DNA from: Tubiluchus corallicola
Lineage: Eukaryota > Animalia > Priapulida
Assembly: GCA_030141605.1 (NCBI GenBank)
Contig: JAQGDQ010002368.1
Coordinates: 744,001 to 808,000, forward strand
Direction: 5' to 3'
Length of the DNA stretch: 64,000 nucleotides
In this document: in pieces, positions 1-12,500 of the stretch
Layout of the letters: every line of letters begins with the position of its first letter
Position numbering within the stretch: position 1 is the stretch's first letter
Made by a program: the position numbers and the translations under genes
The notes under the pieces: generated by a model
Databases searched by the model: none
Seen by the model: the letters and a program-made list of their open reading frames with translations, nothing else
What the model was told of the DNA's origin: nothing

Positions 1-3000
1 AAAAACAAAAAGACAGTTTTAATTAATGAAAATTACAATTAATGAAACCCATTATTCACCTAACAAATTATTAATAAAAAAATGTTTTAACAAAATTCAA
101 TTGAAGATATAAGCTCAAATAATTATAAAATCTTTACTACAGGTAACGCTGCAGCTGCGTACGTACCTCTACTTTGTCTTTGCATTGGGCCTCCTTTTCT
201 GGGATTACAGCTAAACTGTGCACATAGTAATCAGCAGGATTAAACTTTGGTGGACATTTGCAATCCATCGTCTTGAAAAATGTATGAATAGTTTTTCTTG
301 AACCTAAATACGCCACCCTGCCTTCTGCCATTAACAATATCCTGCATTACAATTTAGAGAATAGTAATTTATTTTTACATATATAGGCCTATATAAAAAA
401 CATTGTCAAGCAGTTGTTTCTATGGTCCAAGTAAGTCAGCAGAAGGCAAATTTGGAATTTTAAGCTAGCAAAACAAAGTCTAAAATCAGCAAAAAACTGT
501 ATCCTAAAATTACAAAAAAATGCTCAGGAAAAAGCATAAGTAAATAGAAATACATAGGCATTTAAAAATGCTATCTACTGTTATTCAGCACTAGAAACTA
601 GTGAATACGTTAAATATGTCTTAGAAAGCCTAATAGTCATACGAGATTTAAAAGTTAAAAATTTAAAATATAAATAACTAAATACAAATTATTAATGGTT
701 TCAGGTAAAAAACATATTTTAAATTTGAAATGACTCAGCAGTAAAATTGGAAGCCAAAAGTAACTACGTAAGTCACTATTACTGTTAAAATGGTTTATAG
801 TGAAGCATGAAATCTACATTTTTGCATGTAAAAATTGTATACATAGCACTTTTACCTGTCGAACATGGCATACACTTCAGATGAAGGTTGATGTATGGTG
901 CACAGGATAGTTCGCCCTTTACAAGCCATGTCTTTCAAAACACATATGACGTTTTGTGCCATAAAGGAGTCCAAACCAGATGTTGGTTCATCGCAAAACA
1001 TTAATTTTGGATTTGTTAGCATCTAGAAAAAGGCATTTATTTCATTATAGTTGTTGAAATAATTATGACAAATGTTTTTTCTCTTTACAGATTATTTGTA
1101 AATGCTATAATGCTAATTCAAGACCCACAACAGGTATAGTTAGAGCAAACTTATTTTCAAACAATGATTTTAACAGTCTTTTAAGAAAAATTGTTATGAC
1201 AGTGATAGGTAGGTAAAATTTTCAAACCATTCTGCATATAGTAGCTCCCATGTCATTATTAACCTTCAGTAATAGCACAGACACAAAAGGTGCCAGCAAT
1301 ATTTTAATAAATACAAACGAGTAAATGCTTATTCATTATCAAAGTATAACTTACTAACCTCAGATGCAAATGCAAGACGCTTTCTTTCGCCTCCTGAAAT
1401 ACCTTTTATTCTACCAGGGACGCCTATCCATGTGTTCTCGCATTTCTTTAAACCAAGCTGTAATGGCAAATAATGATTTCACATGATTTTGCTTCATTCT
1501 TTCTATTCTTTTCATAATTTTTTCGATGCCCCCTTTTCCCTTCATTCCTTTTTAAGTCTTTCATTCTTCTGAACATTTTTTATGCTTTTTCTTTGACTAT
1601 TTTTTCCTCTTTTATCATCGGCAGAATTGAGTAATTTAATTATGGCTCGACAAAATGTAGTATAAATTATTTTAAGATCCTAAAAATGAATACAGGTGTA
1701 GCAAACTACCTCCGTGAGAGTTTCTTCAACTTTCTTCATTCGCTGAGAATACGTGAATTCTTTGTCCATTCTCAATAGAGCCTACAACTCAAACCAACAG
1801 ATATTTTAGATTTACAATTTTGCACAGCAGCATAAGACTTAAGCTGTGCTGCAGTCTATATTGTTGTTGCAGTGATCTAGTGTTTAGCATACATTGTTGT
1901 CCTGAACGCTATACTGTATCGCCTGACATTTTTGTATTGCTGTATTGTATTGCACTGCATTGTTGTTGTGTTACTGAAATGTATTGATTTGTTGTTTTTT
2001 ATGTTGATGCTGAATTGTTTGCAGTCGTATAGTTTGTTTCAATGTATAAAAATAACCTGCATTGTACAAGGTACACTAAAATGCACTACCTTACTCTGTC
2101 AGCCACACTTTGGTTTAATTATTTTTGTTATTTATTTTTTTAAAAAACGTTTGAAAAATGCTTTTGGTACTCTATATAAGACGGTAATAATAAGCTAACT
2201 TATCAAAAGAAGTGTAATGAACCGAAAATCTTAAACAGTTTCAAATGTAGACAAACTCCGTGTGGTGAAGCTTCTGATAGTACAATTAAAATACCTGAAA
2301 TCTCAAATGTTCTTTTACTTTCAGGGTACCAATGAACAAATCTTCCTGCTGAACGTATGCCGAGATGGACCTCATGCCAGGACCAAAACCAATTGGCTGT
2401 CCATTAATTTTGACTGTACCCTCAACAGTATACATTTCAGTATTCCTGTGCGTCAGAATGTTCATAAGTGTACTTTTGCCTGCACCACTAAAACAAACAA
2501 ACAACAAATGAATCTTGCTTCTGGTTCGTATCCTTACTTGTCAGCCAATCGGCTTGTAAAGTAATAATTATTGCAAAACTGATTCAACATGAATTTTCTG
2601 CTAAGATGATTTCGGAAAATAATTACAGCTAAATAAACTCTTTTAAATCGATCCGAGTGTGTAGAATCTATTTTGCCTTCAATTTGACAATATAAATATT
2701 TTTGTCAACAATATAATTTTTTTTAATATGACTATGCTTTTATACCTGGCACCCATAATTGCTAACAGCGTACCAGCTTTTGCGTACCCAGTAACTGCAA
2801 TAACAAATTTTCACATAACATATTAATGAAACTTGTAAATTAATGTCGTTGGAATAAACAAGCAAGCAGAACAACTTTTTACAACAATTTACTAGATGCA
2901 GTTGGGCTGAGCGCTCCTAATAGACTACAGTGAATTACTTAATCTCATCATTAACTAAATAACAAGCCTACACCTCTCGGAAATGCATTTTCCAAAACAT

Positions 3001-4984
3001 TCTCAAATTTAAAATGGCATAAAGTAAAACCAAGCTGCATTAACAGTGCAGTCTCCTGAGTATAGCATGAAGGTGCTGCTGCCTTATCCTTTGTGCTACG
3101 GAACTTATAGTAGAAGCAAGCTCTCAGCTCTAAGCGAGAACTCGAATCACTTTACTGCAGCACAAAGCTATGCTAAACTAAATACGAAAATTGGGTGCAG
3201 AGTGAAGAAAACGTGTTATTACAAAAATTATTTACAGTTTCTATATGCGCTCTATTTACACGATGTTAATTTATTCGGGTGGCCAGTGACTACACCTATC
3301 AGAAACAGCACAATCTTTTGCAGAAGCAACCCGTTCCGTGCTAGTTTGTTTAACGTATATTTCTCAAAATTATTTACTTTTAAAGGAATTTAAAGAAGCA
3401 GATTGTTTAACTTAGATGCACATTGAAATGGCCAACTCAAGTTGTTAAAATAATGTGACAAAGACTAATTTAATGTCGTGCTAGTAAATAGTCTTTAAAT
3501 TTTGTTTTAATACCATTTCGGAGAATATGCTTCTTAACTCTTTTTTCTGTTTGCTTTTCCGGGTCAGATTGTCCAGCTTCTCTATCATGTCGACTTCGTC
3601 CACCTTTCAGCGTCGCCCAGACGTTTATATTCTCCCAAGTTATGTTAACCTAAGCAACATAATAATTTCATACTCATAATCGTAAGAAAATTGATAACAA
3701 ACAGAGTTTACAATAAATTTTATGTATTTATTTGATAATAAATATTGTTGGTTTGACTATATATAATTCGATCGATGTTATACTGTAAAATGGAGTGTAC
3801 TGAATGGATAATATTCAAGCAAAATGGAATCAAGAAAGTGGTTGCTCAATATTATTTTCATTTGGTTTGTAAAACGCTAAAACGTTTATTACGATTGCTG
3901 AAAGATAGCCACATAACGTTATGAGCATCAGCGAGCTCTCTGTGCCTCTTAACATATAAGGAATTCCTAACTTACCGCATCAAGTTCACTAACACTCAGT
4001 ACTTTTTTAATGGGTTCCTTTCTCATCACATGTTTCGACATGTCAGCAAACTGAATGCCAGAATTTGAAATCTCTTCGTACATCGGTACATGAACATTAC
4101 TTCTACTGATGGAATAATCACTAGCAGCATTGTCACAGGCAGCATTGTTGCCAGTATCCATACTAAGTATGCTCTCGCAAAACGTTTAAAATGGCGTACG
4201 CTTATAATGATTCAAACATTTGCTTAAAGCAAAACATGTCACTTATACATGCATAAAATATTGTACTTCAACCTCACGCAACAACAGTATATTGTGAAAA
4301 GTCACGTTTCACAATGAATTTTAACATGGATTAACACAAGCAAACTATTTATTTAAACCTAAACAACTAAAATAAGATTCAAAACAATTAATAAAAAATC
4401 CCAGAATAGTTTTCAATTAATTGTTACGTCTTATTAACGAGACACAGAACTGTATCATCAAAAGTTCACACCACACATCGATTTTACTTGATATCAACTA
4501 ATAGCAAACAAACAGTGAGGTTCTTTATGGCGCACAACTTTCAAGGTGCAATGAAGGTGAAAGACTAAAGGTGAAAACTTCTGGAGCTTTTAAATGGCTA
4601 TTAAATGTGACTGTAACATAGATTGAGAAAGCACAGCTGTACCCACTAAAAGACTGCCTAGTTGACTTAAATAAATAGAAGTTTTTGCTTAAATGAAGAA
4701 CCAATTCTGGAATAAGATTGTGTTTTAATATACACCTAAAAATTTTAATTAAGACGTAATATACGCGCATAAAATGCGCTGCTTAAAATTGCGAAAGAAA
4801 TTTAAGTCATTCATATCTCTCACCAAACAAACCTTGCTGCGGGAGTATGGTAAAAAATGACGTAAGCTGGTGGAAAGCACGAAGGCATGCATTACGATGC
4901 TTTTGCACTTCACTCAAAAATCCCACTATTGTAGCTGAATAAAGAGTCGCTTACAGAACATCCGGAATGCGTTATGCGTTATGC
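1..4984. repeat. Tandem duplication, left unit (matches ~12061-17042)
   Basis: Exons, introns and upstream DNA align almost base for base with the region ~12,060 bp to the right; similarity stops abruptly at ~4984/17042. Confidence 0.95.
167..4161 (-). CDS. white: white-like ABCG half-transporter, copy A (exons 1-8; continues beyond left edge)
   Basis: Exons 4161-3976, 3649-3514, 2794-2746, 2487-2295, 1781-1710, 1457-1359, 1022-856, 341-167, all GT-AG and phase-compatible. Walker A GAS|GAGKST, signature ISGGERKR, Walker B/D-loop [12 protein letters not shown]-loop TIHQP and the white-type [10 protein letters not shown] motif. Confidence 0.92.
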
Positions 4985-6561
4985 ATTTCCAACTGGTTAT
5001 TCCCAGACGAATTTTCTGCTGGTTTGTTTCTGCTTCGCCTTGTCTCAAAGACAAAAAAATTAAATGGAAAAATCGATAGAACAGGACAGGTAAACCTTTA
5101 TGTGAAGAAACAACAGATAGCAAGAGATATTTAAGCTTTGTCAATAAAATCTGTAAAAGAACATTATACAGTTCCCGGCTGATATAATTTCGGTTACGCG
5201 TGTTTAATGTAAGCAACGACGTAAATGAGTCCGTCAACGTGAAACCTATGTTGTTATTTGTAAACCCTCAAATTAATTTTTGCGTAGGCTTACATAGGAT
5301 TTAAATTTATTCGAACTAGAATTAAAGCAGTAAATTTTTTAATCTTAACTTTAAACCAGTAGGCTTGGTAAGCATAAATGTGTGACCACTTGTAACAGTG
5401 TCTGCCATAACTTATTTTGAAAAGTAAGTCTACTTACACAGCTCACTGTAGCGTACGTTGACTCAGCACAGAACAATAGAACAAATATTAAATGCACATA
5501 ATATATAAAGCACCATAATCACGCTTTGACCATTGACGTCGTTAAGCCAAAAGAGTAATGCGGACGTGTCATGGGTTTTTATATGCAGTGTATCCTGTTC
5601 CTTGCATAACATGCATACAGAATATTTTATACTGCTTATTCTACCATCGGTAATAATAGTTTCAAGACCATCGTGCGCCTTGTGCTATAGTATTCTCTCT
5701 CTTTCTCCCTCTCTTTCCTCTCTCCCTCTCTTTCTGTTCTCTTTGTATTTGTTTTTCTGTTAAACACTTTCTAACTGTTATTGTCAATTTTTCTTTCACT
5801 TTTTTCTCCTTGCCTTTAAGCTCTTTCTTTTGTATTTCTATTCATTTATTTCATTCGGTTGTTTAGACAATAAAAAAATCACAATGTCAGACATAATATA
5901 CAGACAATGACGATATGTTATAAAAAAATACTAGAAAGTTGGGAAGCTTTTATTGACACACTGCAAACAACAGTAGCCTACAATCATTTATACATATTAT
6001 AATATTTTTGCAAAGAATCGCATAAATACTGAAAGAACCCAAAGCGTTGAACATGTGTTAAACATATCAGACTATTTAATCATTTAAATCCTTTAGATTT
6101 TAACATTGTATAACATCTTAATATTATGTAGCATGTATGGGTGTCCTGCCATAAGCCATAGCTTCTTAGGTCTCCCTTCATTATCTTTTTTAAAAACAGT
6201 GATCATTTTCGCGTAATTATTTTTTTACTTTATTGATTATATATTGTATTTCAAAATTAATGTGATTACGATATATGTTAAATCAATATATTATTTTAAG
6301 GTTGAATTGAATTTGAGCATTTCGGCTTTATAAACTGCCACTGTAAAAACCTATTACATATCCACGGTAAAGAAAAAACTAAATGCAAAACATTGAGTTT
6401 GTTGGATTTAGGCCTACATTACTGATTTAGAATTTTAACAAAGAAATACTAAATTTAAGTGTAGATAATTAACTTCGGATTGGAAAAGCTTCAAAACAAG
6501 ATAAGCATAGACTTTAATTTTGCACTTTAAATGCATCTATTTCTGGCATCATGTCATCAAC

Positions 6562-9500
6562 CTAGCCTTTATTGCGTGTTCGAAATGAAAGAATGATGAA
6601 ACCCAAAAGCCTGTATCCAGCCATCAGAACGAATAACAAGCCAACGTTCTGGTACATATTATCCTGAAAAAGACAAATAAAAACAATATAACTATATTAT
6701 TTAAGGAAAATAAGGAGTCCAAAAATTGGATTACAGCAAAAATGTTCTCATACAAATCTCAAAACTAGATCACAGTTGTTAGCTCAAGCTTATACCATAG
6801 GAAAATGTCAAAAATTTCTTCCTGAGAATTTTGTGTCACACTCTTAAAAGACTGTGTCAGACTCTTTTGAGTCTGGCTTCTTAAAATAATGAGGGTCATG
6901 AAATTCATAAAACCTGAAAATTCTGTTAGCGTGTATCACCACTCTCATCCAATTCAAACAGTTTTCTTGTAAATAAAACTGCTGTGTTTTGACATACACA
7001 GAAACGATTTCTGTTAAGATACCTCTTTAAAGTTGAACTGGTGAAGCACAGCTGTCCCATCATGTATGCAAGGCCGCTGAGTTTCATTGCCATTTTCACA
7101 TGCTATAAATTAAACATGTAATGAAAATTCCATATAATATTTTAATAATTCACAGTATTAAGATAAGCCTAAGTTGATAAATTGTCTACACAGAAAAATT
7201 TCGAATAATAAAATATGCCAAATTGCACTAAACTGTGATTAACAGAATTTATTGATGGAACATTTATATGCTACCCCCAGCACAAATACTTGCATATTTC
7301 TGTAACATCTTTCCATTGGTTGATGTTCAGAGCCTCATTCCCGTATTTAAACCAGCTGAGATATTCAAGCCATATAAAATATACAGGAATCGACCTGGAA
7401 ATACACATTCATATTATAATTCAGATAATTCGGCAATGCCTTTTGTCATCATCAATGTGAACCCAAACGTGAAAAAAATCGTTCATGATAGCAAGTGGTC
7501 TTGCCGCATGCCCCTGAATAACGCACAAAAAAGTCTTGAAGTCCACGTTGAAAAATTTTTCGCCTGCGTTCCTGGTTTTACTCTCAATTTAATATCTGAC
7601 TCAGTCCTCAAATTAATTTTCTGCCATCTGCTTAGCCAGCTAATTCTATCTACACGTTCTTGAACAGTGATAGTGAGCAGGCAAAGCCCTGTCATTAAAT
7701 AGAGCACCTACATAATAATATTAATACCTTGCAACTATTGTTGTTTGGTAAATTTAACTTACTCCACATTCAGCAATAGACCACCAAACAGCATCATTGG
7801 CATAAGAAATGGCGCAGCAGCAGCCATTACAATCTCCGGATTGGAGGAGAAGCAAGACATCATATAACCTGGAAAGGAAATGAAAAAAACGATGAGTTGA
7901 TGCAAAGAAATCTTGCCAATCAAAGTTAATCAAGGTCATTCAAATTAAAGTGTTAAGTAACCTTTGCCTACAAACAGAAACATAAGCCATGCAAATAATA
8001 CTACTACTTCTTAAAACAGGCTGGTTTAAAAAGAGACCTAATCAAAGCTACTGTAATGTCTGTTGCTCATCAATTAGGGCAGAATTACCTGTTACATAAT
8101 TTATTATCTTAATTATAAAATGAATTGTTTGTGTAAAAGCGTGAGCTGCCACACAAAGATATTCACCTTGTCTGGAACATTTGGCAAACACAGCAGGCTC
8201 CTTTTACTGCCTGCCTGGTATATGCGAATTTCATGTTATTGTTAGTACAACAGTATAACAGTATGTTATATTCTCTCCCATACTATTTCTGCAAAAATGT
8301 GAGCTGCCACACAAAAACATTCGCCTCGTCTTAGGCATCTGGCAAACACAGCAGATTTCATTTACTGCATGGTACATGCGAACTTCATCTATTGTTAGTA
8401 CAACATTATACTATTCGTCCCTCACTTTGCTAAAGCATGTGCAAATAATATGTAATTGCTGAGCAGTGTTAATTGTCGCACATAATTTATACTATTGTTA
8501 AAATAAGCTTGTTCAATTGTTTATTTTAATGTCTTTTTGCAAATTGTGCTAGAGATTTCGCTTTTGTACCTTCTTGCTCTTAAAATTATCAGCAACAGAC
8601 TTTTATTTTATACTTTAATTGATACTGATGCCATATTTCTGCATGGCGCTTACTGAACCAAAATATGGCTCCCTGGACCAAAATATGACATAGATGCTCA
8701 CAGAAATTGTTGAAAAAAATTACAAAATTAGAATATCTTGTGTGATCGTAAGCTTACCGAATGACGCTGCTACATTAGCTATTAAAATGAGAATTCCTGC
8801 GCAAACAAAAAAGTGCGACGCTGAAGGATATAAACCTGAAAAAACACAGAAAACTACTCAATAAGTAAAACATACATCAAAGTTTAAAATAAAAAGCTCA
8901 CTACAAAATAAAAATGCGGGATAAGGATCCATTATTACTTACCCACCATAAAATAGTCTATAAGCGTAAACAGAAATGGCAACAGGATGAAAAATGGTAG
9001 CTGAAAGAACAATGGTAGTTGAATGATACAATAATTTGAAAGATTACACTATTATATCTCAAAACCACTAAATGCCTAATATGGAGTTTTAGTTTCTCTG
9101 TGTGATATTTCATATTACTATTTCTTAACGAGATTAAATATTTCCCCATAAGTATGTAATATTTCTTCCTTTTTTCCTAAAACCTTGCAGCATCGAAAAC
9201 TGATGTTGCAGAATTTCAGATTTATAATTAAGTCTGTATTACGTCACACCTTAATTACGTATGCAGCTTTGCAATAATTCTGCATTAAATTAAAAACATT
9301 TATCCAGTATCACTTACTTGCTTTAAATAACTCTTATCACTAATTTCATCAGTGTATATAATATACAGCCCCTACCTCTGCCAGCATTTTGCTGAGGAAA
9401 TATGTGTCCAACCTATAGCAACCATTAAAGTGCTCCCTCAGGAAAATGACACACTCTTCACAAAACACCTGCAAGCAGAAACAACTAAAAGTACATATAT

Positions 9501-12500
9501 TTTAATAACTGGAGTAAAAACATCGGCCTAGTAATAAAAATTTTCAAGCTACATTATTTACAAAATGAATGTGCGTGATTTCAGCTTAACCCAAACTTCC
9601 AAATTCTCTTAAACTTTCATGGAAATTATCCTTATGCAAAAATTGCATACAAGAAGTATTTTAGTGATACATCCAGTGATATATATATATATATATATAC
9701 ATCCACCAGGCTGGGAGTAAAGTAAAGGAAGCCGGTAAATAAATGTTTTTTGTAATACGATCAGAAATTCGAGTGGGATCATTAACCTTAAATATGCCTA
9801 AATTGATTTGCAGGTTCGATTGTGCATGACTGCTCAAGCCAGGTTTGTGAAGACATCAATCGAAGCTTCGATCAAAAAGATTTTCTTTGAAGTGTGATAC
9901 AAGGCTATACCTAACAGCGATGCTCAGCTTCTGCTGAAAAAAGTGTCTTGGGTGGTTTCGTCTACCACACTGATCTTAGCTTTTTACCCCATTGAGCAAG
10001 GATGTGTCTGAATGAAGCCAAGAATTTCTGCCAGTTCAATGTCTCCTTTTAGATAATTATTCTTGATAATGAACCAGATTACGATTCTAACTTCATTAGA
10101 TAAAGCATTTTACTGAAGTATTTTAGAGCTTTGCTGTTTTGTGACGTAACAACACCCCGTTCCGTATTACGGATTCAGCAACGGTGATGCTGCAGTTATT
10201 GAAGCAGTTCGTGTAGATGGGATTTTTACAGTTTTCCCTTACGTGAACTACTGAAAATAAGTTCTGCATAGTCATATTTATAATTAGAAGAAACAGGACG
10301 CCAGTGATGTTTTGCACAGCTTCTTGATTCATTTCCTGCTGCAGGTAGACAATTCCAAGTATTATACCAATCACCTACAAAATAAAAATTTGTGAAAACT
10401 GAAAAGAGTTGAAAAAAGCATCAGATGTTTTGCACTAATAAACCTCTCGTATACAATATTTTTCGCATCATATTCACATAGCTTTTAGTTAGTTAAGTCT
10501 GATTTCTACTTACCATTGTTTGAAAAGTTCTCACTTTTATTGCCATTGGATCTCGAATCACGCTGATTAATGCTCTGTGTGTTAGAGTGATAAACTGCTT
10601 TATCCAACTTGCTTTATACCTAAATGAAACATACGCTAAAATGTTTGGTTAACTGTAATTCGCAGGCGACAGACTTTTAGGCTTGTAATTGCTAAACCAC
10701 TTACAATAAGAATTACGTGTGCTGGTTATAATTGGCTACTTGATTTTCTACATTAAAGTATACGTGAGTCTGAAAAGGAAAAGATGAAAAAATATCTGTG
10801 ATTGTTTGGCAATACTTGATAAGGAAAACCTCAAGTTAAATTAGTGAAATTGAAATTTAAATGACGGCACTCATTCACTTGTGCAGGTACTTATCGCAAA
10901 TGCGTCACAAAGTACAACCACAATAATCGTGACAACAAAAATGCTAGCAGCAAGGAGTTCAGATGCATTTTGAATTTGGAAGTCTGGTTTTTCAGTTTTT
11001 GTATTCTTGTTTCCAGTGGTATTTTCAACAATTTTTTACGCAAAAAGTAGCTAAAACTAATTTAATAAAAACTCATAAACTGCAATCTTTTGTATTATTA
11101 CTAAATAATTAAAATATAGTTACTGGATTGTATTTAATGAACAGAGGTTACTTACGCAGAACGATGAGCCAGCAATTCACCGAACTGAAAAAATGCATGT
11201 ATAAATAATTGCAATGAAACTGCTGAAAACAGCTGTCTTGGTTAAGCGTTATTTGTAATACATAACAAGATATTACAAAATTGCATTTACTACAAATATC
11301 AACAAAGCACACCACAAAGCGGAACATCCCCTGACAACAGTATTATTCCGTATTGGTTCCTGTGACTCAGACTTTTAACCCTGGGGCTCCAAAAGCGATA
11401 AGGTTCTTCTCCTATTGATGGGTGGCCCACATGTGAAAGTCGAATGCATTGCATTAATTTTTTAGACTTAGAATGAGTCCGCAACCTTTTTCAAGTAGTG
11501 TATCCTATGACACTGACTTTTGATCTTAAGGCCTCAAAACCCATAAGATTCTTCCCCTGTTGACAGTCGATGAATACGTAAAATATGAAAGTTTAGGCTA
11601 TGTGTTCACAAACTTTTCCAACTGAGACCTTGACCTTTGATAAGGGGCGCACAAAGTCGATAGGGCCGTTTCTCTACTGACAGATGAGCCTATATATTAT
11701 ATGAAAAATGAATGTCATGTTTGAAAAAAGGTTAGCTTGAAAAGTGTTCACAAGACCAATAACGAAATTACAGACAAACGGGCGGGCGGAAGCATGGACA
11801 GCCAAAGGGACAGATGCACGAACGGAGGCTTACTATACTGAATAACATATTAACAGATCCAACATTAGTGATTGTTAATAAATGCTACTAAACTGAACAA
11901 CATATTAAAAGATGCAATGCCAATTAATATCAGCTGCTTTCTTACGTCAATGAGCTGTTCATTTCGATTATCCTCCATGATAACTTGTTTGACAAGATAA
12001 CCTTGAGGGGAAACTTCAAATGCGTTACATATTCTCTGAAAGTAACAAGTTGGAAAGTAAGAAAAACGAAAAGACAGTTTTAATTAATGAAAATTACAAT
12101 TAATGAAAGCCGTTATTCACCCAACAAATTATTAATAAAAAATGTTTTAACAAAATTCAATTGAAGTTATAAGCTCAAATAATTATAAAATCTTTACTAC
12201 AGGTAATGCTGCAGCTGCGTACGTACCTCTACTTTGTCTTTGCATTGGGCCTCCTTTTCTGGGATTACAGCTAAACTGTGCACATAGTAATCAGCAGGAT
12301 TAAACTTTGGTGGACATTTGTAATCCATCGTCTTGAAAAATGTATGAATAGTTTTTCTTGAACCTAAATATGCCACCCTGCCTTCTGCCATTAACAATAT
12401 CCTGCATTACAATTTAGAGAATAGTAATTTATTTTTACATATATAGGCCTACATAAAAAACATTGTCAAGCAGTTGTTTCTATGGTCCAAGTAAGTTAGC

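Noticed and set aside
3046-3393. 115-aa plus-strand ORF, repeated as 15111-15413
   Set aside because: Intronic and antisense; present twice only because of the recent duplication, the second copy stops earlier, and no motif is recognisable.
4525-4770. 81-aa ORFs upstream of A and B (also 19767-20039 upstream of D)
   Set aside because: Many non-synonymous differences between young copies; the shared LSP residues are just the translation of the conserved DNA motif.
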